Positions 51,477-61,671 of a DNA stretch of 64,000 nt are shown piece after piece. The stretch spans positions 64,001 to 128,000 of the forward strand of contig CAVPOM010000012.1 in assembly GCA_963707025.1 (NCBI GenBank). The letters are read 5' to 3'. A model generated the notes under the pieces. That model ran no database searches and had not been told where the DNA came from. It saw only the letters and a list, made by a program, of their open reading frames with translations. The DNA comes from an uncultured Verrucomicrobiae bacterium. GTDB taxonomy: Bacteria; Verrucomicrobiota; Verrucomicrobiia; Limisphaerales; Palsa-1400. Both the position numbers and the translations under genes were made by a program. Position 1 is the stretch's first letter; the number at the start of each line of letters is the position of its first letter.

Positions 51477-52905
51477 ATGAACCGCATCGTTGGCTTGGAG
51501 ACCGAGTATGGCTGCCTGTCGGCCGATGAGCCCGGCGTGTCCGCCGCCATCGCCCGGGTGCGCGACTGGATATTCCACGAGGAACGATTCGGATTGATTG
51601 ACGTGCATCAGCGCGATTGGGATGAACCGGCCGGCAACGGGGGCTTTCTTTTTAACGGCGGGCGGTGTTACATTGACATGGGCCACCTGGAGTATTGCAC
51701 GCCGGAGTGTTTGAGCCTGTTGGATGTGTTGCGCCACGACCAGGCGGGCGACGCCATTCTGCTGCGGGCGGTGCGGGCGATGGGGGTGGAGGACAAAGTC
51801 AGCTTCATCCGCAACAACGTGGACCACTATACCGGCGCCACCTTCGGCTGCCATGAGAATTACCTCGTCCGCCGCGCCGCGCCGCTGACGGAGCCAAACC
51901 TGCACTCTTTGCTCGCCTTTTTGACCTTGCGCATGCTCTACACCAGCGCCGGGCGGGTGGGCGGGACGACGGGGGCGGACGGGCGGGGCGACTTGCCCCG
52001 GCAGGCGGCGGGGCCCCTTCCAAATCAGCCAGCGGGCTGATTACATCAACAACGATCTGTTTGAATGGGTGCAATTCAACCGCGCCATTATCAACACCCG
52101 CGACGAACCGCTGGCCGACGCCCGCAAATACCGCCGCCTCCACCTCCTGCACGGCGACACCAACGTCCTGCCCGCCGCGCTGCTCCTCAAAGTGGGCACC
52201 ACTTCGCTGGTGCTCGATTTGCTGGAGATGAACTGCCTGCCAAAAATCATGCTGGACGACGCCGTGGCCGCCTTCCGCCATCTCTCCCACCAGGCCGACG
52301 GCCCCTGGCTGGCCCGGCTGGCCGACGGCCGCTGCGTGGATGCGGTCCTCCTGCTCCAGCAATTTGAGCGCGCGGCGCGGGCCGAACTGGCCGGGCGCGA
52401 TCCCGAAACCGACGTCCTGCTGGGCCTGTGGAGGGAAACGCTGGCGGCGCTGGCGGCCGATGCGGAGACGCTGACGGGCCGGGTGGATTGGATTACCAAG
52501 CGGTGGCTGCTGCAACAGTTTTGCGACCAGGAAAAAATCTCCTGGAACGATCCGTGGCTCAAGTCGCAGGACCTGGAATACCACCAGATTGATCCGGCGC
52601 GCAGCCTGGGTCTGGCCCTGGCCCGGACCCCGCCGCCGTGGCAACTTGCCGCTCAGGACGCCGCGCTCGCCATTTCCCAGGCCCCGGCCAACACCCGCGC
52701 CTGCGTCCGCTCACGGGTCATGCGCCTGCTCCAGAACGAACCCTGCTCCTATTACCTGGATTGGGAAATCGTCGGCGTCGAGGGCGGCCACGCCCTGCAC
52801 CTGCTCAACCCCTTCGACCCCGATCCCAAGGACGCCGAAAAATGGATGCAATTCCTGGCACAGCCCCTTCCCCGCCCGCCCGGCCCAGCCCGGAGAACGG
52901 CCTAA
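51477..52905 (+). CDS. pafA: Pup/UBact-protein ligase, PafA-like (frameshift near 52010)
   Basis: GLETEYG, FLFNGGRCYID, GCHENYL, QISQRAD, INTRDEP, RRLH, DWITK, DLEYH. Confidence 0.85.
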
Positions 52906-53034
52906 AACAGCCTGCCCAGCCGCTTTCGCCCATGGGCGGCACGGGAGGCCTTTACGCCAGCGGCAGGCATCCGCCGCCGCCGTTCCGCGATGGCTTCGTT
53001 GCGGCAAAACACCATTAAGCTTTGTCGCCGCCGG

Positions 53035-53772
53035 TTAATGGCCGCCCTGTTTCCCGCCCGATTCACTTGCGATTTCTGCGCGGGCGGCCTGGAGATTGAC
53101 ACCGAGAGTTTTCAAGACCAGCGCCGCCACGCCGCCGCCTTCCCGCAACAGGCCCAGCAAGATATGCTCGGCGCCGACGTGAGTTTGGTTCAGTGCCCGG
53201 GCTTCCGAGCTGGCAATCTCGAGCGCTTTTTTCACGCGAGGCGTATAGCGGAGGGCGTGACCGGCGGGCTGCACCGGCCCACAGCCGACGATTTTTTCGA
53301 TTTCGCTCCGAATGATTCTGTGATTCAAGCCCATTCTTTGCAGGACACCGGGAACAATGCCAGTCTTCGATTCGAGCAGACCCAGCAGCACATGTTCCGT
53401 GCCGATGAAATCGTGATGGAATCCAAGGGCTTCCTTCCCGCCCAGTTCCAGGCTCTCCCGCGCGGCGGCGTTGAGAGCACATGGAGAAAGTGTTGGGAAA
53501 CCCATGAATCTCAAGAGCACGGCTTTCAACTGTTGCAGCCTTGTTGCTTTCATTGCGCCCGCCTTGGCGAATTCTTGCTGGAGCGCCGCCGGTTGGCCGA
53601 TGCGCTGGGTGGCCATCGCGAACGCCTGTTCCGCGCCCGCTCCCGAGCGCGCCTGCCGCTCCACCTCCTCGCGCAAATGACTTTCCAATTCCTCCAGGAC
53701 GTTTCGATTTTTGACACCAGCGGCCAGCATCTGCCGCCGCCATGCTGCGATGGATTGTTCCAGATTGAACAT
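53035..53772 (-). CDS. permease-prefix (pp1/HAAS-like) domain fused to a Clp N-terminal repeat domain
   Basis: MFNLEQSIAAWRR..ELESHLREE..RIG; IGTEHVLLGLL and VGAEHILLGLL repeats. Confidence 0.8.
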   Translation of the reverse strand: MFNLEQSIAAWRRQMLAAGVKNRNVLEELESHLREEVERQARSGAGAEQAFAMATQRIGQPAALQQEFAKAGAMKATRLQQLKAVLLRFMGFPTLSPCALNAAARESLELGGKEALGFHHDFIGTEHVLLGLLESKTGIVPGVLQRMGLNHRIIRSEIEKIVGCGPVQPAGHALRYTPRVKKALEIASSEARALNQTHVGAEHILLGLLREGGGVAALVLKTLGVNLQAARAEIASESGGKQGGH

Positions 53773-53787
53773 CTTGTTCCTTTTATC

Positions 53788-54629
53788 TTACGATTCCGCC
53801 GCTGTTGGAGTGGGCGCCATGCCCATCACGAGAAAAATCAGGTGCAGAGCCAGAAAAAGCCCAAGCGGCCAATAGCTTGCCATTCCGTGACCATGCATTC
53901 CCTGACCGCTGGCCACAATACCAGCGCCGAACCAAGCGAGGCCGACAATGACATTGCCGCCGATACACATCAGCATCCTGGCGCGCTCACTCACCTGGCC
54001 GAATCGTTGCATCGCCGCCGAGGCGATGAGCCAGAGGGACGCGCACATCCCGCCCATTTCACGCCCGCCCCCTCGCAGCCACCCGCCTGAATGTTGCCTG
54101 CTCCAGAGCATCCCGAGAATCACTCCCACGGCCACCAATCCCGCCGCAAGTTCGCTGAACAGCAGAACGGCACGGGCCAGCGATTGCCGGCGGCTGGCGA
54201 CAACGCGTGAAACAACTGGTAAGAGACATAACAAATGCCGAAGCAGCCCGGCAATAAAGCCGCGACGAAACCAGCAGTCAGGCTAAAGATATGCGCAGAC
54301 AAGAGGAAGTTCCGCCCTTCCACAAACAAGTTCCATGAAAAGATCATCGCCAGCACAATCACCCCGTAAACCCATAGTCGCGAACCTACGACAACCGGCC
54401 AGCACCTCTTCCTCTTAAGCTTGTCGAACTCCGTCCGCAGGGGGATCGGGCTTCCCACGCGTGACAAAGCGCGTTGGAACGCCTGTTCCTCAAGCATTCC
54501 CGCCGACAAGAGGGCGCCAATGTCCTCGCGCAAATGGCTTTCCAGTTCGTCCAACACATTCGAGTTGTTCACACCGGCGGCCAGCATCCGCCGCCGCCAG
54601 TCCGCAATGGCCTGTTCCAGATCAAACAT
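53788..54629 (-). CDS. permease-prefix (pp1/HAAS-like) domain plus membrane domain (frameshift near 54195)
   Basis: MFDLEQAIADWRR..ELESHLRED; ORFs 54120-54629 and 53788-54234 join; several transmembrane helices. Confidence 0.7.
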
Positions 54630-54954
54630 GCTCGCCTTTCCACAGACCGCCGAGAACGGAGGAAATCACCGTCCATTGTTCGCGTTTATCCTTGAGGGCC
54701 TGGTGGCCGTCCTTTTTGATCGAGTAGTATTTGCGCTTGCGCCCGTTCTCCATCTCCACCCAGCGGGATTTGATCCAGCCGCTGTCCTCCATGCGGTGCA
54801 AGACCGGGTAAAGCATCCCGTCCGTCCAGGTGATCTTGTCCCCGGAGAGCCACTTGACCTCCTGAATCAGCTCGTATCCGTAGCTTTCGCCCTTGGCCAG
54901 CAGGGACAGAATGAGGGGTTCGGTCGAAGCGGCGATCAGTTCTTTTTCCATCAT
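54622..54954 (-). CDS. PadR-family transcriptional regulator
   Basis: ILSLL..ESYGYELI, GMLYPVLHRME, RKRKYYSI. Confidence 0.9.
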   Translation of the reverse strand: MMEKELIAASTEPLILSLLAKGESYGYELIQEVKWLSGDKITWTDGMLYPVLHRMEDSGWIKSRWVEMENGRKRKYYSIKKDGHQALKDKREQWTVISSVLGGLWKGEHV

Positions 54955-54960
54955 GCCGCC

Positions 54961-54989
54961 AAAATACATTGCCTCGCTATGTATGTCAA
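54961..54989 (-). promoter_or_regulatory. sigma70 promoter of padR with internal operator; leaderless start
   Basis: TTGACA-17-TATTTT, 6 nt before the ATG; ATACAT-N9-ATGTAT spans the spacer. Confidence 0.65.
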
Positions 54990-55092
54990 GCGCCAAAGTT
55001 CACGCTCTTTTTTACTGGTTTCCCCGGCGCGACCAGCTAGCATGGCCGGGACTGATGACCGAAATGCTTTGGCCAAACGGCCGACTACCGTT

Positions 55093-55446
55093 ATGTCCCT
55101 GAGATTGGAAAGGGTCCGTGAACTTCTGAAACGCGAGATCGGCGAGGTCATCCGCCGCGAACTTCCCGTTCAGGAAGCGGGCTTGATCAACGTCAACGAC
55201 CTGCAAGTGGCGGCCAACTTGAAAAACGCCACCGTCTTCATCGGCATCCTGGGCGGCAAGGCGCAAAAGGACAAAGGCATGGAAATGCTGAAAAAGAACC
55301 GCCAGCGCATCCAGGGCCTGGTCGCCAAGGGAGTGGTCTTGAAATACACGCCGCGGCTGCGCTTTGTGCTGGATGAGTCGGTCGAACGCGGCAACCGGGT
55401 CCTGAGAATCCTGGAAGAACTGGAAATGCCGCCGGCCTCCTCATGA
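55093..55446 (+). CDS. rbfA: 30S ribosome-binding factor A
   Basis: RLERVRELLKREI, LKYTPRLRFVLDES. Confidence 0.92.
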   Translation: MSLRLERVRELLKREIGEVIRRELPVQEAGLINVNDLQVAANLKNATVFIGILGGKAQKDKGMEMLKKNRQRIQGLVAKGVVLKYTPRLRFVLDESVERGNRVLRILEELEMPPASS

Positions 55447-56427
55447 AATCGCATCCCAAGATCATTGACCGGATTCTGGAAAAGATCCGGGCCAGCCAGA
55501 CCATCTGCGTGGCGGGGCACCTCCGGCCCGACGGGGATTGCATCGGCTCGCAACTGGCCCTGGCCCTGGCCCTGCGCCTGGCAAGGCAAGGAAGTGGTTT
55601 GCTGGAACGAAGATTCCCTGCCGCAAAAGTACGCCTTCCTCGACCCGGGCCATGTGGTGCAAAAACCCAAGGGCCGCCCGCCCTTGGACTTGGTCATCGC
55701 CCTGGATTGCGCCAGTCTGGAACGCCTGGGTTCGGTTGGCCCGGCCCTGACGCACCGCCGGCAGCTCGTCAATATTGATCACCACCAGAGCAACACCCGC
55801 TATGGCGATTTGAATTGGATCTCCGGCCGCGAAGCCTCCACCGGTGAACTGGTCTTCCGCCTCCTCCGCGTGGCCGGCTGGCCCATCACCCCGCCCATGG
55901 CCGATTGCCTCTTCACCGCCGTCTCCACCGACACGGGCAGCTTTCAATACTCCACCACCAAACCGGTCACCTATCACACCGCGGGCGAATTGGTCAAATT
56001 GGGCGCGAACCTGGAGACGGTCTGCCACCAACTCTATCAATCCTTTCCCCTCTCCCGCGTCCGCCTCCTCAAACACCTCTATAATCATTTCCATCTGACC
56101 GACCACGACCGCATCGCCTACCTCTGGCTGAAGAACGGCGATTTTGCGCGAACCGGGGCGGATCGCAACGATACCGAGGGGCTGATTGACCATCTGCGCG
56201 CCTTTGAGCCGGTGGTGGTCGCCTGCGTCTTTGAAGAGATGGAACCGGGCTTGAGCCGCATCAGCCTGCGCTCCAAATCCGACGCCGTGAACGTCAATGA
56301 CATCGCGGCCCAATTCGGCGGCGGCGGCCACCGCGCCGCCGCGGGCGCGCGCCTGGCCGGCAAGCCCCTGTCCGTCCAGCGCCGGGTCGTGGCCGCCATC
56401 AAAAAAGCCCTCGCCCCCTCCCACTGA
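55443..56427 (+). CDS. nrnA: DHH-family oligoribonuclease/PAP phosphatase (frameshift near 55580)
   Basis: HLRPDGDCIGS, NIDHH, TDTGSF, SLRS, GGGGH. Confidence 0.9.
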
Positions 56428-56434
56428 TTGTTGC

Positions 56435-57151
56435 ATGCACCCGTTTGATTCATGGGACGGCGCGGTCTTGATTGACAAACCGGCCGGCCCCACCTCGCAC
56501 GATGTGGTGGACGCCGTGCGCCGGCAGTTCGGCCTGAAAAAAGTCGGCCATTGCGGCACGCTCGATCCCGCCGCCACCGGCCTGCTCATCCTGGTTTTGG
56601 GCCGGGGCACCAAGCTCTCCGAAAAACTGATGAGCGACGACAAAGTTTATGAAGGCTCGGCCAAATTCGGCGAAACCACCGACAGTTACGACGCGGACGG
56701 GGAACTGGTCGCCTCCCTGCCGGTGCCGCCCATGACCCTGGAAGAACTCGACCAGGCCGCCGCCGCCTTTCAGGGCGATCAAATGCAGTTGCCGCCGATG
56801 GTCTCCGCCGTCAAGATCAAAGGCGTGCCCCTTTACAAACTGGCCCGCCGCGGCGTGGAAGTGGAGCGCAAACCCCGGCTCATCCACGTTTACAGCTTTC
56901 GTTTCACCAGCTATGCCGAGCCTCTGGGCTGGTTCCGCGTCGCCTGCACCAAGGGAACCTACGTCCGCGCACTGGTTCATGAACTGGGCCGCAAAACCGG
57001 CCCCGGCGCGCATCTCGCCTCCTTGCGCCGGGTCCGCTCCGGCAAATTCGAGGTCAAGGACGCCATCCCGTTTGAAGACCTCCTGAAAATGTCCCCCGCC
57101 CAACTGGAAAGGCGGGTCCTGCCATTTTTGCAGTTGACACAAGCGGGCTAA
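56435..57151 (+). CDS. truB: tRNA pseudouridine(55) synthase
   Basis: DKPAGPTSHD, KVGHCGTLDP, KGTYVR. Confidence 0.94.
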   Translation: MHPFDSWDGAVLIDKPAGPTSHDVVDAVRRQFGLKKVGHCGTLDPAATGLLILVLGRGTKLSEKLMSDDKVYEGSAKFGETTDSYDADGELVASLPVPPMTLEELDQAAAAFQGDQMQLPPMVSAVKIKGVPLYKLARRGVEVERKPRLIHVYSFRFTSYAEPLGWFRVACTKGTYVRALVHELGRKTGPGAHLASLRRVRSGKFEVKDAIPFEDLLKMSPAQLERRVLPFLQLTQAG

Positions 57152-57219
57152 ACCGGAACACCCGGCCAAAAACGAGTCTCCAGATGCTTTGCTGTTTTCA
57201 GTGGAATCGAAATGGTGTG

Positions 57220-57370
57220 TTCCTCAAACGGCTGCCCATAACCGCCTTGCAATCCCGAAGGGATTGGATCACTCAGCCCAAGGTTGGCCGATTCCGAGAG
57301 GCCTACCCTGGGTTACCGCCTTCGAGTTGCACAACCCTGAAAGGGTTGAATATCAAAGCCTTAGGAAACA
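57220..57370. repeat. palindrome-rich intergenic repeat element
   Basis: hairpins caatcccgaagggattg and caaccctgaaagggttg. Confidence 0.5.
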
Positions 57371-57562
57371 GTCTTGATCGTAAATGGAATCTGCGGGCGA
57401 GTATGGATGGGCCAATTGTTGCGCGGAAAAGCGCGACCAATCGCGCCCTTCCTTGGTCCCCGCCTGCCGCGCCAGCAATGCATTCACGTAATGCAACGCC
57501 TCCTGCTACAGTTCATCCGGCAGTTGGCGGGTATTTTCGAGAATCAATTCCGCTGTGCTCGT
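57370..57562 (-). pseudogene. decayed small antitoxin-like (DUF2281-like) gene
   Basis: manual translation (ACG)STAELILENTRQLPDEL*QEALHYVNALL.../WSRFSAQQLA...DSIYDQD. Confidence 0.4.
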
Positions 57563-57725
57563 TTCAACACCATAACACAACGCGCTCCTGGCTGGCAAGT
57601 GTTGTCCACACAACGACCTTTGTTGGACGGTTCAGACCTGCATAATCGCATCTCCCGGAGTCCGGGAGGAATGAAATTCAGAAAGTGCATTTTCAGAGCG
57701 GGGGTGCTATTGAAACTGCCGAAAA

Positions 57726-58658
57726 ATGAACGTCATCCACGCGACCGCTGAACTGGAGGCCGGTTCGCGCCCGGTTTGCCTGGCCATCGGCGTTTTCGAC
57801 GGCGTCCATCTGGGGCACCAGCAGGTCATTCTTCAGGCCGTCGGCGACGCCGCCCGGCACGACGGCCTTTCCGTGGTGATCACTTTTGACCGGCATCCCG
57901 CCGCCGTGCTGGCCCCCGCGCGGGTGCCGCCGCTTATCTATCCGCTGGCCAAAAAGCTGCGCGTCCTGGCCTCCCTGGGACCGGACACCGCCTGCGTGAT
58001 TCATTTTGACAAGGAATTCAGCGAATTGACCGGGGAGGAATTCATGCGCGGCCTGGCGCGCGACTGCGGCAAAATCCAGAGCCTCTCGGTGGGCCGGGCC
58101 TTTTCCTTTGGGCGCGGACGTTCCGGCAATGTCGCCCTGCTTGAGGCGCTGGGAAAGGAACTGAACTTTGCCGTCCATGCCCTGGCCGAAGTTGCCCTGG
58201 ATGGCCAGGCGGTCAGCAGCACCCGGGTGCGCGCGGCAGTGCGGGCGGGGCGCTTCGCCCAGGCCGGTCAAATGCTGGGCCGTCCCTACGCGCTTTGCGG
58301 ACGCATCATCACTGGAACCGGCCTGGGCCGTCAAATGGGTGTTCCGACCGCCAACCTTGACCTGGCCGGGTTGCTGACGCCGCCGCCGGGGGTTTATGCG
58401 GCGCGCGCCCTTGTCCGCGGCCGGAGCCATCTGGCCGCTGTCAACATTGGCTGCCGCCCCACCGTGCCCGGCGCCGCCCGGCCCATCCAGGTGGAAGCGC
58501 ACCTGCTGGATTTTGCCGGGGATATATACGGGGAGGAAATGGAATTGGGCTTTGTCAAGAAGTTGCGCGACGAACAAAAGTTCGCCTCACTGACCGCCCT
58601 CCGCGGACAAATCCTCCGCGACATCGCCCTCACCCGGGACCTGCCCGGCGATGCTTAG
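57726..58658 (+). CDS. ribF: bifunctional riboflavin kinase / FAD synthetase
   Basis: GVFDGVHLGH, VSSTRVR, GVPTANL, GVYA, EAHLLDF, LRDEQKF. Confidence 0.94.
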   Translation: MNVIHATAELEAGSRPVCLAIGVFDGVHLGHQQVILQAVGDAARHDGLSVVITFDRHPAAVLAPARVPPLIYPLAKKLRVLASLGPDTACVIHFDKEFSELTGEEFMRGLARDCGKIQSLSVGRAFSFGRGRSGNVALLEALGKELNFAVHALAEVALDGQAVSSTRVRAAVRAGRFAQAGQMLGRPYALCGRIITGTGLGRQMGVPTANLDLAGLLTPPPGVYAARALVRGRSHLAAVNIGCRPTVPGAARPIQVEAHLLDFAGDIYGEEMELGFVKKLRDEQKFASLTALRGQILRDIALTRDLPGDA

Positions 58659-59545
58659 CGGTGCCCGCCGCCGCCGCCGCCGCCGTGTGCGCCACCGCTA
58701 AAGCCGCCGCCGCCGACATGTGCGCCACCGCTAAAGCCGCCCACATGGCCGCCACCGCCAAACCCGCCCACATGGCCGCCGCCGCCAAACCCGCCCACAT
58801 GCCCGCCACCGCCAAATCCGCCAACCCGGCCGCCACCGCCAAACCCGCCAACCCGGCCGCCAAACCCGCCATGCCCGAATCCGCCATGCCCGAATCCGCC
58901 CCCATAATAACCACCATAACCAAAGAACAGCGACCCGCCGAATGGATACCAGGGGTAATAATAAGGATCGTAAGCGTAGTACGGCTCGTAAGCCGGGTAA
59001 GCTGGGGCCGCGACATAAGCGGAGGAAGCGTTGGCCGCGGCCGCCTGGGCTTGCAGGGCGGCATCATAGCTGGCCGCCGCGCTGTCCGCCGCGCTTTGCG
59101 CCGCATTGCCTGCCGCGTAGGAATAATACTGCGGCGCCGGGGCCTGACCCGGCACTTGCGCCTGCCCGCCGGCGGCCATGCCCGTTTGCCGCTGCAATTG
59201 GCCGTAACGATTGATCATGGCGTTGATCACCGGCATGGGCACGCCCTGTTGCTGAAATGAAATGATGTTGTCCGCGCTCAGATAAAACGTCAGCGGCGAA
59301 TTGTTGATGTAACTGACGATGATGTCAGCCGGGATGCCGCCCTTGTACATCTTCATCACTTCGGTCACCCCGGAGGGCAGGCCCGAGAGCGTCACGTTGG
59401 CCCCGCCGGGCGAAGGGCTGGCGGATGGCGCCGCCCCCGCATTGGGGTCGCTGCCCGCGCTGGCTTGCCCGGGCATGGTCAGAAAAAGCGCGGTCGCCAG
59501 AAAGGTCACGGTGGCCGCCCCAAGAATCATCGGCTTTGTTCTCAT
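58655..59545 (-). CDS. secreted protein with Tyr/Pro-rich segment and Gly-rich tail
   Basis: signal peptide; EVMKMYKGGI..DII..LSADNII domain; GGFGGGGHV repeats. Confidence 0.7.
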   Translation of the reverse strand: MRTKPMILGAATVTFLATALFLTMPGQASAGSDPNAGAAPSASPSPGGANVTLSGLPSGVTEVMKMYKGGIPADIIVSYINNSPLTFYLSADNIISFQQQGVPMPVINAMINRYGQLQRQTGMAAGGQAQVPGQAPAPQYYSYAAGNAAQSAADSAAASYDAALQAQAAAANASSAYVAAPAYPAYEPYYAYDPYYYPWYPFGGSLFFGYGGYYGGGFGHGGFGHGGFGGRVGGFGGGGRVGGFGGGGHVGGFGGGGHVGGFGGGGHVGGFSGGAHVGGGGFSGGAHGGGGGGGHR

Positions 59546-59770
59546 ATATTTCCTCTTTCGCTGGTCATTCCGTCCCGCCTTCATGACGCTTTAAAATACA
59601 CCGGGTTCCCGCCCTTGGCAAGCCCGCCGCGCCCGCCTGGTTCCACGCCGCCCTTTTTCGCGTGACGGACACTGCTCCCTATGCTATATAAAACTCCATA
59701 ATTGGAGATGCATTTTTTAAGTCCATTCTGTTGTCAGCATATTAGACTGCCCGCTCGCCCCATCCATTCA

Positions 59771-61360
59771 ATGAATTTCCACCAAATCACACCGGCCCGC
59801 CCGGCCCGCCCGCGCCGCCCATTTTTCCATTCCCTCGGCTTTGGCTGCCTGCTTCTGCTGCTCTTTGCGCCCAGGGCAGACGCGGACGGCACGCCGATCG
59901 TCCTGAGTTTTACCAACCCCGCTCCCATCACCATCGTGGATTTCCTTTCCGATGCTTCCCCGTTCCCATCCACCATCCCGGTTCCGGCTCTGCCCGGCGT
60001 GTTGCAAAGCGTGACCGTCACGATTTACGGACTGTCCGATCCATCCGCGGGGGGCATCGAAATTCTCCTCGCCGGCCCCACCGGCCAGGGCGTGGATTTG
60101 ATGAACCTGGCCGGCAACGGATTGGTCACCAACGCCACCATTACCTTTGCAGATAACGCCACTCCTTTCTCCGGCGGCACGATCATCTCCGGCACCTTCC
60201 AGCCCAGCGGCACGGATTTCCCGTTCGGCACTCCTTTGTATCAAGAGAACACCACCAACCAATTGGCCGGCTTCATCGGAACGACCCTGGAGGGAACTTG
60301 GAACCTGTCGGAGTATTACAACGACTTTGCCGGGGCCAACGGCGCGATCAGCGGAGGCTGGAGCCTGACTTTTACCTTGCTGCCCATCGCCCCCGCCGTC
60401 ACAAACCTGGCCGCCACCGGCGTCACCTTCACCTCGGCCACCTTGAATGCCAATGTCAACCCCGGAGGCGCCGCCACGACGGTTTATTTCGAATATGGCC
60501 CCACCACGGCCTATGGCAGCTTCAGCGCCAGCAACACTTTGGCGGTGGACGTCACCGATACGCAAGCGGTGGCGCTGCCCATCACCGGCTTGCAGCCCGG
60601 CACCACCTACCATTTCCAAGCCCTCGCCCAAAACAGCGTCGGAACCAATGCCGGCGGCGACTTGACCTTCGTCACGCCAACTCTTCCTGCTCCCACGCTC
60701 CAGGCGTCCCTGACCAACGGCTCCAACCTTGTCCTGATTCTCTCCGGCGACCTGGGCTCCAACTACACCATCCTGTCCACCACCAACCTTTCGCCCCCGG
60801 TCAACTGGACCACGCTCGCCTACCTGACCTTGACCAACCCGGTCCAATTCATCTACCCCGGTCCTCTGACCAACCGGATGGAATTCTTTGCTTTGCTGGC
60901 CGGCGCTCCCCCCGCTCCGCCCCGGCTGGACATCTCCCTGACCAACGGCCTCATCCCGGTTCTGATTCTCCACGGCAACCCCGGCGCCAACTATACCATT
61001 CTGTCCACCACCAGCCTTTCCCCTCCGATCACCTGGATCGGGTTGACCAACCTGACCCTGACCAGCGCGGTCCAATTCATCTACCCCGGGCCTCCCGCCA
61101 ACCGGATGGAATTCTTTGCTTTGCTCAACGGCGCTGCCACCCCTCCGCCCAGGATTGAGGTGTCCTTCAACGGCTCCTCCCTTGTGGCGACGCTTTTCGG
61201 CACCCCCGGCTTGATGTACACCATCCAGTCCACCTCCAGCTTTTCGCCTCCGATCATCTGGACCCCGATCACCAACCTCACCTTGACCAGCCCTGTCCAG
61301 TCCATCAACCTCGGTCCGCCCCCCAACCAGCCAGAATTCTACCGGGCCGTCCAACCCTGA
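59771..61360 (+). CDS. secreted protein: proprotein-convertase P-like domain, FN3 and three C-terminal repeats
   Basis: VTVTI..L...ILLAGPTG..GTWNL..GGWSLTF; GLQPGTTYHFQ; three copies of YTI.ST..LS...W...EFF/EFYR. Confidence 0.75.
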   Translation: MNFHQITPARPARPRRPFFHSLGFGCLLLLLFAPRADADGTPIVLSFTNPAPITIVDFLSDASPFPSTIPVPALPGVLQSVTVTIYGLSDPSAGGIEILLAGPTGQGVDLMNLAGNGLVTNATITFADNATPFSGGTIISGTFQPSGTDFPFGTPLYQENTTNQLAGFIGTTLEGTWNLSEYYNDFAGANGAISGGWSLTFTLLPIAPAVTNLAATGVTFTSATLNANVNPGGAATTVYFEYGPTTAYGSFSASNTLAVDVTDTQAVALPITGLQPGTTYHFQALAQNSVGTNAGGDLTFVTPTLPAPTLQASLTNGSNLVLILSGDLGSNYTILSTTNLSPPVNWTTLAYLTLTNPVQFIYPGPLTNRMEFFALLAGAPPAPPRLDISLTNGLIPVLILHGNPGANYTILSTTSLSPPITWIGLTNLTLTSAVQFIYPGPPANRMEFFALLNGAATPPPRIEVSFNGSSLVATLFGTPGLMYTIQSTSSFSPPIIWTPITNLTLTSPVQSINLGPPPNQPEFYRAVQP

Positions 61361-61671
61361 GCGCCCGGCGGGAATGGAAAATGGCAAATAACTTCAACTA
61401 ATCCGTTTGACATCCTGATGGGTTTTTGTTACGTTCCTAATGCAAGGGACAAACGAAAACAGGAAGCGTTCATTCTGAACTAAGTTCTTTTCGCGAGCCA
61501 GGGCCTTGCCGGTCCATGAAACTGGCGCAGGCAACAGGTGGAGCAGGGAGCAACGGAATTCGAAGCATTTTAGAATCTGCCGCTGCACGGGAGGAGTGTG
61601 CTTTTGTTTCCACAACTTCATGGCTCGCTGACCGCATTACCCAAAACTCCGATTGTGGAAAGGACCCCTCC

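Noticed and set aside
54421..55092. N-terminal extension of RbfA
   Set aside because: Antisense to padR and the pp1 gene; RbfA similarity starts at 55093
876..56427. Programmed frameshifting or pseudogenisation in selA, selB, selD, the oxidoreductase, SpoIIE, pafA, the pp1 gene and nrnA
   Set aside because: Small indels, mostly in short homopolymer runs, across unrelated and otherwise intact genes fit long-read error; needs read-level polishing
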